Assembly (NCBI GenBank): GCA_016926255.1
Contig: JAFGOY010000053.1
Location: 68,919-132,918, forward strand
Length of the DNA stretch: 64,000 nt
Source of the DNA: Anaerolineae bacterium
Lineage (GTDB): Bacteria > Chloroflexota > Anaerolineae > Aggregatilineales > UBA3940
Direction of reading: 5' to 3'
A program made the position numbers and the translations under genes. How positions within the stretch are numbered: the first letter of the stretch is position 1; every line of letters starts with the position of its first letter. This document shows positions 25,455-33,762 of this stretch, one piece after another. The notes beneath the pieces were generated by a model. The model did no database searches, was not told the DNA's origin, and saw nothing but the letters and a program-made list of their open reading frames with translations.

Positions 25455-27881
25455 ATGACCGCAAATAATAACGAGAAAGTAAAGGGAGTGATGAGCGAAA
25501 ACACACAGACTGTTGAGCAAGCCGGTACGGTTGATGTTTCATTGAGCCGCGATCTAAAGCTCTTTGACATCACCATGATCGGCGTTGGTGCAATGATCGG
25601 TGCCGGCATTTTCGTCCTGACCGGTATCGCGGCAGGTGAAGCAGGCCCGGCCTTAGTGTTAGCGTTCTTTTTAAATGGTATTGTCACCACCTTCACCGCG
25701 ATGAGTTATGCCGAACTGGGATCAGCCTTCCCGGAAGCGGGAGGTGGCTACCTGTGGGTGAAAGAAGCACTGGGGGGCGCGCAGGGATTTTTATCCGGGT
25801 GGATGAGCTGGTTCGCTCATGCCGTCGCCGGGAGTCTCTATGCGCTGGCTTTTGGCGCATTCGCGCTGGAACTCTGGGAAAAGGTCGCCGGGCTGCCTGT
25901 ATTGGAAGCGGCGGTCTTCGGCATTGAGGGGCCAGAGTTCATGCGCCTGGGGTTTATGACGTTGATCGCCATCCTGTTCACCTATATCAACTACCTCGGC
26001 GCATCCGAGGCGGGGCTGGTCGGCAATATCATCACCTTATCAAAAGTAGTGATCCTGCTGCTGTTCGTCGTCGTCGGAATGGGTATGATGTTTGGCGAGC
26101 CGGATTGGTCGGCGGTTTTCACCATCGATTTCCTGCCCAAAGGAATGGGAGGTGTCGTCACGGCGATGGGGCTGACCTTCATTGCTTTCGAAGGGTATGA
26201 GATCATCGCCCAGAGCGGCGAAGAGGTCGTCAACCCCAAGCGCAACGTACCGCGTGCGATTTTTTCCTCAATCGTCATCGTCGTGATTATCTATGTGCTG
26301 GTCGCCTTTACAGCAATCGGCGCAACGGAGGTCCCGGCCTCCTATGGTGATATCCCCGTCTGGGAATATCTCAGCATCGAAAAAGAAACCGCCATCGTCC
26401 GCGCCGCCGAGCAGGTTCTGGGCGGCTGGGGCGGCCTGCTGATCCTGATCAGTGCGGTCGCCAGCACGATGTCGGCCCTGAATGCCACCACTTATTCATC
26501 CGCCCGCGTCTCGTTTGCTATGGGGCGCGGCAACAATCTACCGAAACTGTTCAGCCAAATCAGCGAAAAGCGCCATACACCGGTCTGGGCCGTCATCCTT
26601 TCGGGAATGCTGATCATCGTCATGGCCTGGTCACTGCCCATTGAGGCAGTCGCCGCCGCCGCCGATATCATGTTCCTGCTGCTCTTTATCCAGGTGAACA
26701 TCGCCGTAATGATCCTCCGGCACAAGATGCCCGAACTGGATCGTGGTTTCCTGATACCCGGCTTCCCGGTAGTACCCTTGATCGGAATCGCCAGCCAGAT
26801 CGCCCTGCTGGTTTTCCTGTTCCAGTACGAGGCTTCAGCCTTTATCACCGCCATTGCCTGGATCGTCGGTGGACTGCTGCTTTACTTCGGTGTGTTCTCT
26901 CGAATGGAAGAACGCGAAACACCCAGCGATATCCTGCTTGAAGAAGTGCTGGTCACCAAGAACTACTCGGTCATGGTTCCGGTTGCAAACACAGAAAAAG
27001 GCCACGTACCGAGCTTGCTGGGTGCTATGATCGCAAAAGACAGAGATGGAGACATCTTCGCCATGCACGTTGCGAAAGTCCCGCAGCAGATGACGTTGAT
27101 CGATGGGCGGGTATTTCTCCAGGAAGGCCGCACACACCTCGATGCGGTGATCGCTAACGCACGCCAGCTTGAAGTCCCGGTGCACACGATGATCCGCCTG
27201 GGGCGAAACATCGCTGAAAGCATCCGCCTGACGGCCATCGAGAACGCCAGCGATCTCACGGTGATGGGCTGGCCCGGTTACACCGGTACCACTGAGCGCC
27301 TTTTTGGGGCAGTGATCGACGAGGTGATCGACAACCCACCCACCGATCTGGCATTGGTGCGCTACCGGGAGTGGCACCCGATCCGCTCGATCCTGGTGCC
27401 GGTAATCGCCCGACCGAACAGCCGTTTGGCGATCAAAGTCGCCTTGAGTATCGCTCGCCAGGCACAGGAAGGTCCGGCCCATATCCATATCATCTCTATT
27501 ATCCCTCCCGGCTGCCCAGAGCACATTCGCCGCAGAGCAGAGCAGGCCATCGCCTCAGCGATAAACGGCAGCAAGACCTACGAAAAGCTGACCACCCAAC
27601 TGGTCGAGGGTGTAAAAGTCGTCGATACGATACTGGAAAAAGCCGCCGGTTATGATCTGATCGTCATGGGAGCGACCGAGGAGCCGCTGTTATCCAACCG
27701 GCTGACAGGCCGAATCCCGGCGCGGATCGCAAAAATGGCCGACGCAACCGTCGTCATTGTCAAGCGGCGCAGCGGGATCGTCCGCTCAGTCTTACGACAG
27801 ACGGTCCTTTTGCCAAGCACCGGACTTGGAGCACAGGTCATGGATGTACCCGAAGCGCAAGTGTTCAAAAGCGATATTTAA
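25455..27881 (+). CDS. APC-family amino acid/polyamine permease fused to two C-terminal universal stress protein (Usp) domains
   Basis: About 12 TM helices with APC-type segments (GAGIFVLTG, FEGYEIIAQSGEE), then ~300 cytoplasmic aa with two Usp-like repeats (YSVMVPVANTEKG..., ILVPVIARPNSR...LIVMGATEE). The start is uncertain (25455, or GTG 25488 / ATG 25491). Confidence 0.85.
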   Translation: MTANNNEKVKGVMSENTQTVEQAGTVDVSLSRDLKLFDITMIGVGAMIGAGIFVLTGIAAGEAGPALVLAFFLNGIVTTFTAMSYAELGSAFPEAGGGYLWVKEALGGAQGFLSGWMSWFAHAVAGSLYALAFGAFALELWEKVAGLPVLEAAVFGIEGPEFMRLGFMTLIAILFTYINYLGASEAGLVGNIITLSKVVILLLFVVVGMGMMFGEPDWSAVFTIDFLPKGMGGVVTAMGLTFIAFEGYEIIAQSGEEVVNPKRNVPRAIFSSIVIVVIIYVLVAFTAIGATEVPASYGDIPVWEYLSIEKETAIVRAAEQVLGGWGGLLILISAVASTMSALNATTYSSARVSFAMGRGNNLPKLFSQISEKRHTPVWAVILSGMLIIVMAWSLPIEAVAAAADIMFLLLFIQVNIAVMILRHKMPELDRGFLIPGFPVVPLIGIASQIALLVFLFQYEASAFITAIAWIVGGLLLYFGVFSRMEERETPSDILLEEVLVTKNYSVMVPVANTEKGHVPSLLGAMIAKDRDGDIFAMHVAKVPQQMTLIDGRVFLQEGRTHLDAVIANARQLEVPVHTMIRLGRNIAESIRLTAIENASDLTVMGWPGYTGTTERLFGAVIDEVIDNPPTDLALVRYREWHPIRSILVPVIARPNSRLAIKVALSIARQAQEGPAHIHIISIIPPGCPEHIRRRAEQAIASAINGSKTYEKLTTQLVEGVKVVDTILEKAAGYDLIVMGATEEPLLSNRLTGRIPARIAKMADATVVIVKRRSGIVRSVLRQTVLLPSTGLGAQVMDVPEAQVFKSDI

Positions 27882-27906
27882 ATCTCTCTCCTTATCCATC
27901 AAAAGA

Positions 27907-27930
27907 GCCAGCCGGGGCGCTGGCCCTTTT
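27907..27930 (+). terminator. possible intrinsic terminator after the permease gene
   Basis: 6-bp GC stem GCCAGC-CGGGGC-GCUGGC followed by CCUUUUGG. Confidence 0.45.
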
Positions 27931-28014
27931 GGATTCTACGGCAGGCTGCGTGGATTTCTCTGATAGATACCCTCTACTCGACAAACACATTCCGATGTAA
28001 AATGGCGGAGCAGA

Positions 28015-29436
28015 GTGAAGAGGGCGTCTCAAAATATGAATATCAATATCAAAAAGCTGCTCCATTCGATAGGCGATTTCATCAGGCGATTATTCAAGGG
28101 CAAGCTGGTCGTTACGCGCTTCCATTCATCAGCCAGCGATGTGGATATTACCTTTACTCGCCCGGCCCCCCTGTTGATCTTTACTGTCGTGCTGATTGTA
28201 GAATTGTTTTGGCCTTCCCGCGCCTGGACGGTCATGCTGTCCGGGCTGGTCGTAATGATGCTCACCAGCTACGGCTGGGCGCTCAACTCGGCTCGGCGGG
28301 TGAGCCTGTTCCGCGAAATGCTCTACGGATGGATGCAAGTTGGCGACCTGCTTGAAGAATCGCTCACGCTGAAAAATAGGTCGATATTCCCCGTGCTGGC
28401 TATGGAGATCGAAGACCTCTCCAATGTGCCAGGCTATGACATCTCAGGGGTGGGTTCGATCAACTACGAGGGCGACCATTCCTGGCGCAGAAAGGCTGTC
28501 AGCCAGCGGCGCGGAAAGTTTCACCTGGGGCCGACCGTCAGCCGGATCACCGATCCGCTCGGGCTGTTTCTTGTGACCTGTCACTATAAGGAGCAGCGCG
28601 AGGTGCTGGTCTTACCCCCTGTGCTTCAGGAGTTTGGGGTTACGCTGCCATCGGGCGGTGGCCAGGGGCGGGTATCCTCCCGTGATCGCAGCTTTCGAGA
28701 GACAATGGCAATTGGCGGCGTTCGCAATTATGTGCCGGGCGACCCGGTGCGCCGTATACACTGGCCGCTGTCCATGCGCCACCAGCATCTGCTCATCAAA
28801 GAATTTGACATCGAACGCGGCACCGATATCTGGTTGGTACCCGACCTAAATCGCGAGGTTCAGGCCGGTGAAGGCGCTGACTCCACGCTGGAACACTGCA
28901 TCGTATGGGCAGCAAGCTGGGCCTGGTATTTGATCCGGCAGGGAAAGGGCATTGGCCTCTATACTTACGGCCCGGAGCGCATCGTCATTCCCCCGGCGAC
29001 TGGCAGCGACCAGTTGTGGACGATCCTGCAGGTGTTGGCACAGGTCGACTGTTGTTCCGGGCGCCCGGTGGCGGCGGTCTTGCAGGAACTTCGCCCCTTT
29101 ATCCGGCGTGGGCATTCGCTGGTGGTTTTCACCCCTTCCCTGTCCCCCGACTGGCCGCCGATGCTGTCCCAAACTGGTGCAGGGAACGCGGTCCACGCAG
29201 CGGTTCTGCTCGACCCTGACTCATTCCATGAGCCTGATATAGAAGAAGCTCGGCGGGCTGAATCGCCGATTGATGCAATGCTGTCCCAACTGGCGCGGCT
29301 GGGGATCGCGACCCATGTTGTCCGCCGTCAGGAGCAATTCGAGCTACAACCCACCAGGGAAGGCGGTGGCAACTGGGAACTGAGGACGACTCCCTGGGGC
29401 AAAGTGATTGTCGACTCCCGCCCAACGAAGGTCTAG
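28015..29436 (+). CDS. DUF58 domain protein with N-terminal TM helices
   Basis: DUF58 hallmark VRNYVPGDPVRRIHWPLSMRHQHLLIKEFD. GTG start at 28015, with ATG 28036 as an alternative. Confidence 0.85.
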   Translation: MKRASQNMNINIKKLLHSIGDFIRRLFKGKLVVTRFHSSASDVDITFTRPAPLLIFTVVLIVELFWPSRAWTVMLSGLVVMMLTSYGWALNSARRVSLFREMLYGWMQVGDLLEESLTLKNRSIFPVLAMEIEDLSNVPGYDISGVGSINYEGDHSWRRKAVSQRRGKFHLGPTVSRITDPLGLFLVTCHYKEQREVLVLPPVLQEFGVTLPSGGGQGRVSSRDRSFRETMAIGGVRNYVPGDPVRRIHWPLSMRHQHLLIKEFDIERGTDIWLVPDLNREVQAGEGADSTLEHCIVWAASWAWYLIRQGKGIGLYTYGPERIVIPPATGSDQLWTILQVLAQVDCCSGRPVAAVLQELRPFIRRGHSLVVFTPSLSPDWPPMLSQTGAGNAVHAAVLLDPDSFHEPDIEEARRAESPIDAMLSQLARLGIATHVVRRQEQFELQPTREGGGNWELRTTPWGKVIVDSRPTKV

Positions 29437-29439
29437 ATA

Positions 29440-31881
29440 ATGGCAATAGAATTAGCTTCTAGAACATTGAAACGGGTACAGAAACACCTGTCACTGAGTC
29501 AGGCCGTCGTCGCGATCCTGTTGACCGGTATGCTGGTCTGCCTGCCAATAGCGATAAACCAGACACAGTGGTTGAGAGATACTTCGATAGCCTGGATCAT
29601 GGCGGTATACAGCGCGCTGTTCGGCATTCTGGTCGCTTATCTTTTTCGCCGACCGGCTGCCGCAGTTTTAGCAATCCTGATTTCCGGAACGGCGATCGTC
29701 CCCCTGATGCAGGGGAATCTCTTACCCCCGGTCGAACCGGCGTACCGGGAGTTGGCGCTCATCGAACAGTGGTCGCGGGTCTGCCTGGGGCGGGTCATCC
29801 ACATGATCGCCGACCCTGAAATAACCATCGTTTATTTCCCTCACCCCCCCAGCCTCCCGGAATGGCAGGCGGCGCTTGAGCGCCTGTCGTTGTATGTATG
29901 GAATCTCCAATCTGATTGGCCGATCAAGCTGACACCGGGCGTCCAGAAAAGCAGCCAGGTGCTGCTTGGGACACTCATACGCTGGCTCATCTGGGTGGTA
30001 ACCGGCCTGACGATCTGGCTGACCATCAACGACAGGCCTTCCTGGGGAAGTGTGTTCCCGGTAATCGGGCTGCTTCTGCTGAGTGTCTTTTTTTCAGGCG
30101 AAGGCTTCATCTGGTTGACCATGGAAACAACCATCGGGTTGATGCTGATCAGTACCAGTACCCTCCAGCAGATCGAGAGACGCTGGCCAGATCGTCTGCT
30201 GCCTTACGGGATGGCAAACGACTGGCTGGCCTGGGGAGCGGTGGTCGTTCTGGCCAGCACGGTCGTGATGACGGCCAGCACCTGGTTGACCAGCCAGGAA
30301 TTCATCGACTGGTTCGACGAGATCAACCCCTTAAAGGATTCCGAAACCACCGAAGTGACCGCTGCCGGGACAACCGGCGTTCGTAAAATGTCTGTCTGGC
30401 CTACTTCTCACCTGCTTGGCGCGGGGCCGGAGGTCACTGAGCTGCCGGTGATGAGTGTGCATCTTGTGGAACAGCCGGAGTACCGTCTCTATTGGCGGGC
30501 AACCGCCTACGCCCAGTACACCGGGCAGGGCTGGATCCGGCAGGCATACGCTGTCAGAGACCCGGTGACCCCGCTGAATCCAGAAGAACTCGATCCGCCC
30601 GATCACCATGTATTGATCCGCCAGACCTTTCGCTTTGATTACCCGGTATCGACTGTGTATGCTGCCGGACGCCCGGTGCGGGTTTCCACAACCACAGTCA
30701 GCCGCTGGGTCGATATGGCAGGCTCCGACCTGGTTTATCTGTATGCATCCTATCCGATTGCCGCCTACGAGGTTCAATCATGGCAATTGGTCGCCACACC
30801 TGATGAACTCAGGGCAACTGCCGGTGAACCTTACCCCGACTGGGTGACAAGGAACTATCTCGTTCTCCCCGATAACCTCCCGGAACATCTCGCCATGTTC
30901 GCTGAAGCGATCACCTCCGAGCAGGACACACCTTATGACAAGGCGCTCGCGCTTCAGCAGACACTTCGCTCCTATGAATACACCCTCGATCTCGAAGAAC
31001 CACCAACTGACCGTGACGTGGTCGACTATTACCTGTTCGACTTACAGCGAGGTTATTGTGACTATTCGGCGACGGCGATGGCGGTTCTGGCCCGCACGCT
31101 CGGAATCCCCGCCCGGTTAGCCTCCGGATTTGCGATGGGCACCTATGATCCTGAAACCGATGCCTACAACGTAACCTATGGCGATTCTCATGCCTGGCCC
31201 GAACTGTATTTCCCCGGTTATGGCTGGGTCATCTTCGAACCGACCGCCGCCTATCCAGAACCGACAGTTGGCCTGGAGAATGAGAACCTCGAACTGCCTC
31301 CGCTGAATTCTGTACTTGCCGAACTGGAAGATGAACGGCAAAGTGATTCGGAAGAAGAATCCGATCTCAAGCTGAACATACCCTGGTATGCGTGGGGAGT
31401 TCCGCTCATTTTGATCGGTGCAGTCGGGCAGATCGTGATGCTGGTAATCGCTGTTCGCCGCAGTAGGCTTCGCCGCTTGGAACCCGGCAGGATGGTCGAG
31501 GTGCTGTACGGAATGATGCTCAAGGCCGGGCAGCGGATGGGGATCGAATTGTCTGTCACCCGCACCCCCTACGAATTTCTGGAAGCCTTGAAGGATGCGC
31601 TTGCCGGGCGTATGTCGATTGTGCCGCGCTGGGGAGGTGACTGGGAAAAGCGCAGGGACTGGCTGATAAGAGACGCCAGGGAAATTCTGCTTCTCTACAC
31701 CGAACACTGCTACAGCCCGCGACCGGTTCAGCGCTATCAAGCGGACGACATTTTCGCGTTCTGGCCGTTCGTCATCCGTTCGCTGTGGCTATTCTGGCTG
31801 GTGGGGGCACTCTATTCAGGTAAGTCGAGCAACCAACGCTCTGAGGCAGCCCTGGAGTCGGCTTCACAGCCTGCCGGTTAG
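29440..31881 (+). CDS. transglutaminase-like membrane protein (TgpA-like)
   Basis: Multiple N-terminal TM helices. Transglutaminase core GYCDYSATAMAVLARTLGIPARL...DSHAWPELYFPGYGWVIFEPT. Distal TM helix and DUF4129-like tail. Confidence 0.85.
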   Translation: MAIELASRTLKRVQKHLSLSQAVVAILLTGMLVCLPIAINQTQWLRDTSIAWIMAVYSALFGILVAYLFRRPAAAVLAILISGTAIVPLMQGNLLPPVEPAYRELALIEQWSRVCLGRVIHMIADPEITIVYFPHPPSLPEWQAALERLSLYVWNLQSDWPIKLTPGVQKSSQVLLGTLIRWLIWVVTGLTIWLTINDRPSWGSVFPVIGLLLLSVFFSGEGFIWLTMETTIGLMLISTSTLQQIERRWPDRLLPYGMANDWLAWGAVVVLASTVVMTASTWLTSQEFIDWFDEINPLKDSETTEVTAAGTTGVRKMSVWPTSHLLGAGPEVTELPVMSVHLVEQPEYRLYWRATAYAQYTGQGWIRQAYAVRDPVTPLNPEELDPPDHHVLIRQTFRFDYPVSTVYAAGRPVRVSTTTVSRWVDMAGSDLVYLYASYPIAAYEVQSWQLVATPDELRATAGEPYPDWVTRNYLVLPDNLPEHLAMFAEAITSEQDTPYDKALALQQTLRSYEYTLDLEEPPTDRDVVDYYLFDLQRGYCDYSATAMAVLARTLGIPARLASGFAMGTYDPETDAYNVTYGDSHAWPELYFPGYGWVIFEPTAAYPEPTVGLENENLELPPLNSVLAELEDERQSDSEEESDLKLNIPWYAWGVPLILIGAVGQIVMLVIAVRRSRLRRLEPGRMVEVLYGMMLKAGQRMGIELSVTRTPYEFLEALKDALAGRMSIVPRWGGDWEKRRDWLIRDAREILLLYTEHCYSPRPVQRYQADDIFAFWPFVIRSLWLFWLVGALYSGKSSNQRSEAALESASQPAG

Positions 31882-31897
31882 CACGCCAGAATCAAAA

Positions 31898-31970
31898 TAC
31901 CCCCGACAGGAGTCGAACCTGTAACCTTCAACTTAGGAGGTTGCTGCTCTATCCTTTGAGCTACGGGGGC
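31898..31970 (-). tRNA. tRNA-Arg (anticodon CCU)
   Basis: 73-nt cloverleaf folded by hand: acceptor GCCCCCG/CGGGGGU, D stem GCUC/GAGC, anticodon loop CU-CCU-AA, T arm ACAGG-UUCGACU-CCUGU, discriminator A. CCA is not encoded. Confidence 0.93.
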
Positions 31971-32113
31971 TCGACCGCCATTATAGCGATCCAGAGGGAT
32001 CGTTGCCAACGAACACCCTGCACTGGTTGTTGCGCCGTTTCTTCGCTGGTAGAATCCCGCGTCGTTGATCCTGTTACTGCTGGTACACCTGGGCCTGGCA
32101 CCGGAGCGAGGTA

Positions 32114-33643
32114 ATGACTGATAAAGCCCGATTATTCTGGTCTCGTGTATTCCTGATTCTTCTCGCGGTGATCACCGCCTATCAACTCATCACCCACCAA
32201 TCCAGCGATACAGAAAACCTGCTGCTTGGGCGCTACACCCCGCGCTACCTCGTCCTGCTGATCGGCGGTGTGCTGCTTTCGGTGGCAATTGGCTATGTCG
32301 CAATGAGCAGGTGGTCCCGCATGGCGATCACCGGCAGCTATGAGAAGACCAAGACCATCGCGGCGGCGGCTTGGCTTCCGGCCCATCTCCTGATCTACAC
32401 GCTGGGATTTATCGCTGCCCCCACCTACCTTGAGCCGTTTTACAACCAGCTGTACGGGCAGTTCTTCGCCCTGACCACCCTCGCCCTGATCCTGATCAGC
32501 CTGGACGCGCTGAGGGCAATCATCCGCAAGCCTGAGTTCTACATGGTGGTGATCAGCGTCCTGATCGCCGCCGCCTGTGCCGAGTGGGGGCTGAATCGGT
32601 ACATTCACAGTTTCCCGGACAGCGACCTCGCCAGAAGAGCCAAAGCCTTCGAAGCGACCAACGCCCAGCTCTTGCGTTACCAGTCCCACCCATACGAAGG
32701 CTATATCCCGGCTCCGGGCTGGCGATCCCCCGATGGCCTGGACGAGATCAACTCACGCGGGTTTCGCGGCGAAGAGATCGCCGTCCCCAAGCCCGACGGC
32801 GTCTACCGGATCGTCGCCATTGGCGGATCGACCACCTACGGCACGGGCGTCGCCGACTGGCATGACTCATACCCCGCTCAACTTGAACGCATCTTACAGG
32901 ACGATTTCGGCTACCGGAATGTCGAGGTGATCAACGGCGGCGTCGGCGGGCACAATTCGTGGGAGTCGCTGGCTAATCTCAACTACCGCGTGCTCGACCT
33001 GGAACCCGATCTGATCGTCGTCTACCAGAACACCAACGACGTCCACTGCCGGTTGGTCTCACCGGAAACCTACCGGGGCGACAATACGGGACATCGCCAC
33101 GCCTGGAACTCGCAGATCATCGAGGAAGCGGCGGCTTCGTGGGCGGCAAAAGTGCCGATCACATTGTGGCGGGTGATCGGTTCGGCCTTCGGCTGGTTCA
33201 AAACACCACTGGGACTTTCCATCGACGACGTGATGAACGTCGAATGCTCCGGGCTGACGGCTGAACAATCCTGCCTGGGGATGTCACTGGAAGACGCACT
33301 AGAAGCCAACCCGCCGGTTTTCTACGAGCGGAACATCCGCAATATTATTGCCGTATCGCGAGCCAACGATGCGGAAGTCCTGCTGGTTAGCTGGGCCTCG
33401 AACCCAAACCTGGGCGATTACGCGGCGACATCAGAGTACCAATCGGCGTATGAGGAGCAAAACGCGGTTATCGAACGGCTGGCCGGAGAACTCGATACAT
33501 ATTACTTCGATTTTGCCGCCCGGATGCCCCTCGATGAAGCATACTGGGCCGACAGCCGCCATTTGACCACCCCAGGCAATCATCTGAAGGCGGAGATGAT
33601 CGCCACCTACCTTGACGGAGAAACCGCCATCCCCCAGGACTGA
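32114..33643 (+). CDS. membrane-anchored SGNH/GDSL-family hydrolase
   Basis: N-terminal TM helices. SGNH blocks IVAIGGSTTYG (Ser), INGGVGGHNS (Gly), VVYQNTNDV (Asn) and DSRHLT (Asp/His). Confidence 0.7.
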   Translation: MTDKARLFWSRVFLILLAVITAYQLITHQSSDTENLLLGRYTPRYLVLLIGGVLLSVAIGYVAMSRWSRMAITGSYEKTKTIAAAAWLPAHLLIYTLGFIAAPTYLEPFYNQLYGQFFALTTLALILISLDALRAIIRKPEFYMVVISVLIAAACAEWGLNRYIHSFPDSDLARRAKAFEATNAQLLRYQSHPYEGYIPAPGWRSPDGLDEINSRGFRGEEIAVPKPDGVYRIVAIGGSTTYGTGVADWHDSYPAQLERILQDDFGYRNVEVINGGVGGHNSWESLANLNYRVLDLEPDLIVVYQNTNDVHCRLVSPETYRGDNTGHRHAWNSQIIEEAAASWAAKVPITLWRVIGSAFGWFKTPLGLSIDDVMNVECSGLTAEQSCLGMSLEDALEANPPVFYERNIRNIIAVSRANDAEVLLVSWASNPNLGDYAATSEYQSAYEEQNAVIERLAGELDTYYFDFAARMPLDEAYWADSRHLTTPGNHLKAEMIATYLDGETAIPQD

Positions 33644-33762
33644 GCGAACCGCCGCATCCGGTGAGAGGATTGGCCGGTCTATGGAGTCGCCAACCGGTTG
33701 CCCGAAAAAGGCCGCTCGTTTACACTAGCAGGAGAACCTTCGGGTGAAGAGGATCAAGTATT

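Noticed and set aside
25289-25696. 136-codon N-terminal extension of the amt ORF in the track (599 aa)
   Set aside because: The extension overlaps the 5' end of the divergent permease gene and the intergenic region. ATG 25288 has a GAGGAG SD and yields a normal Amt signal peptide.
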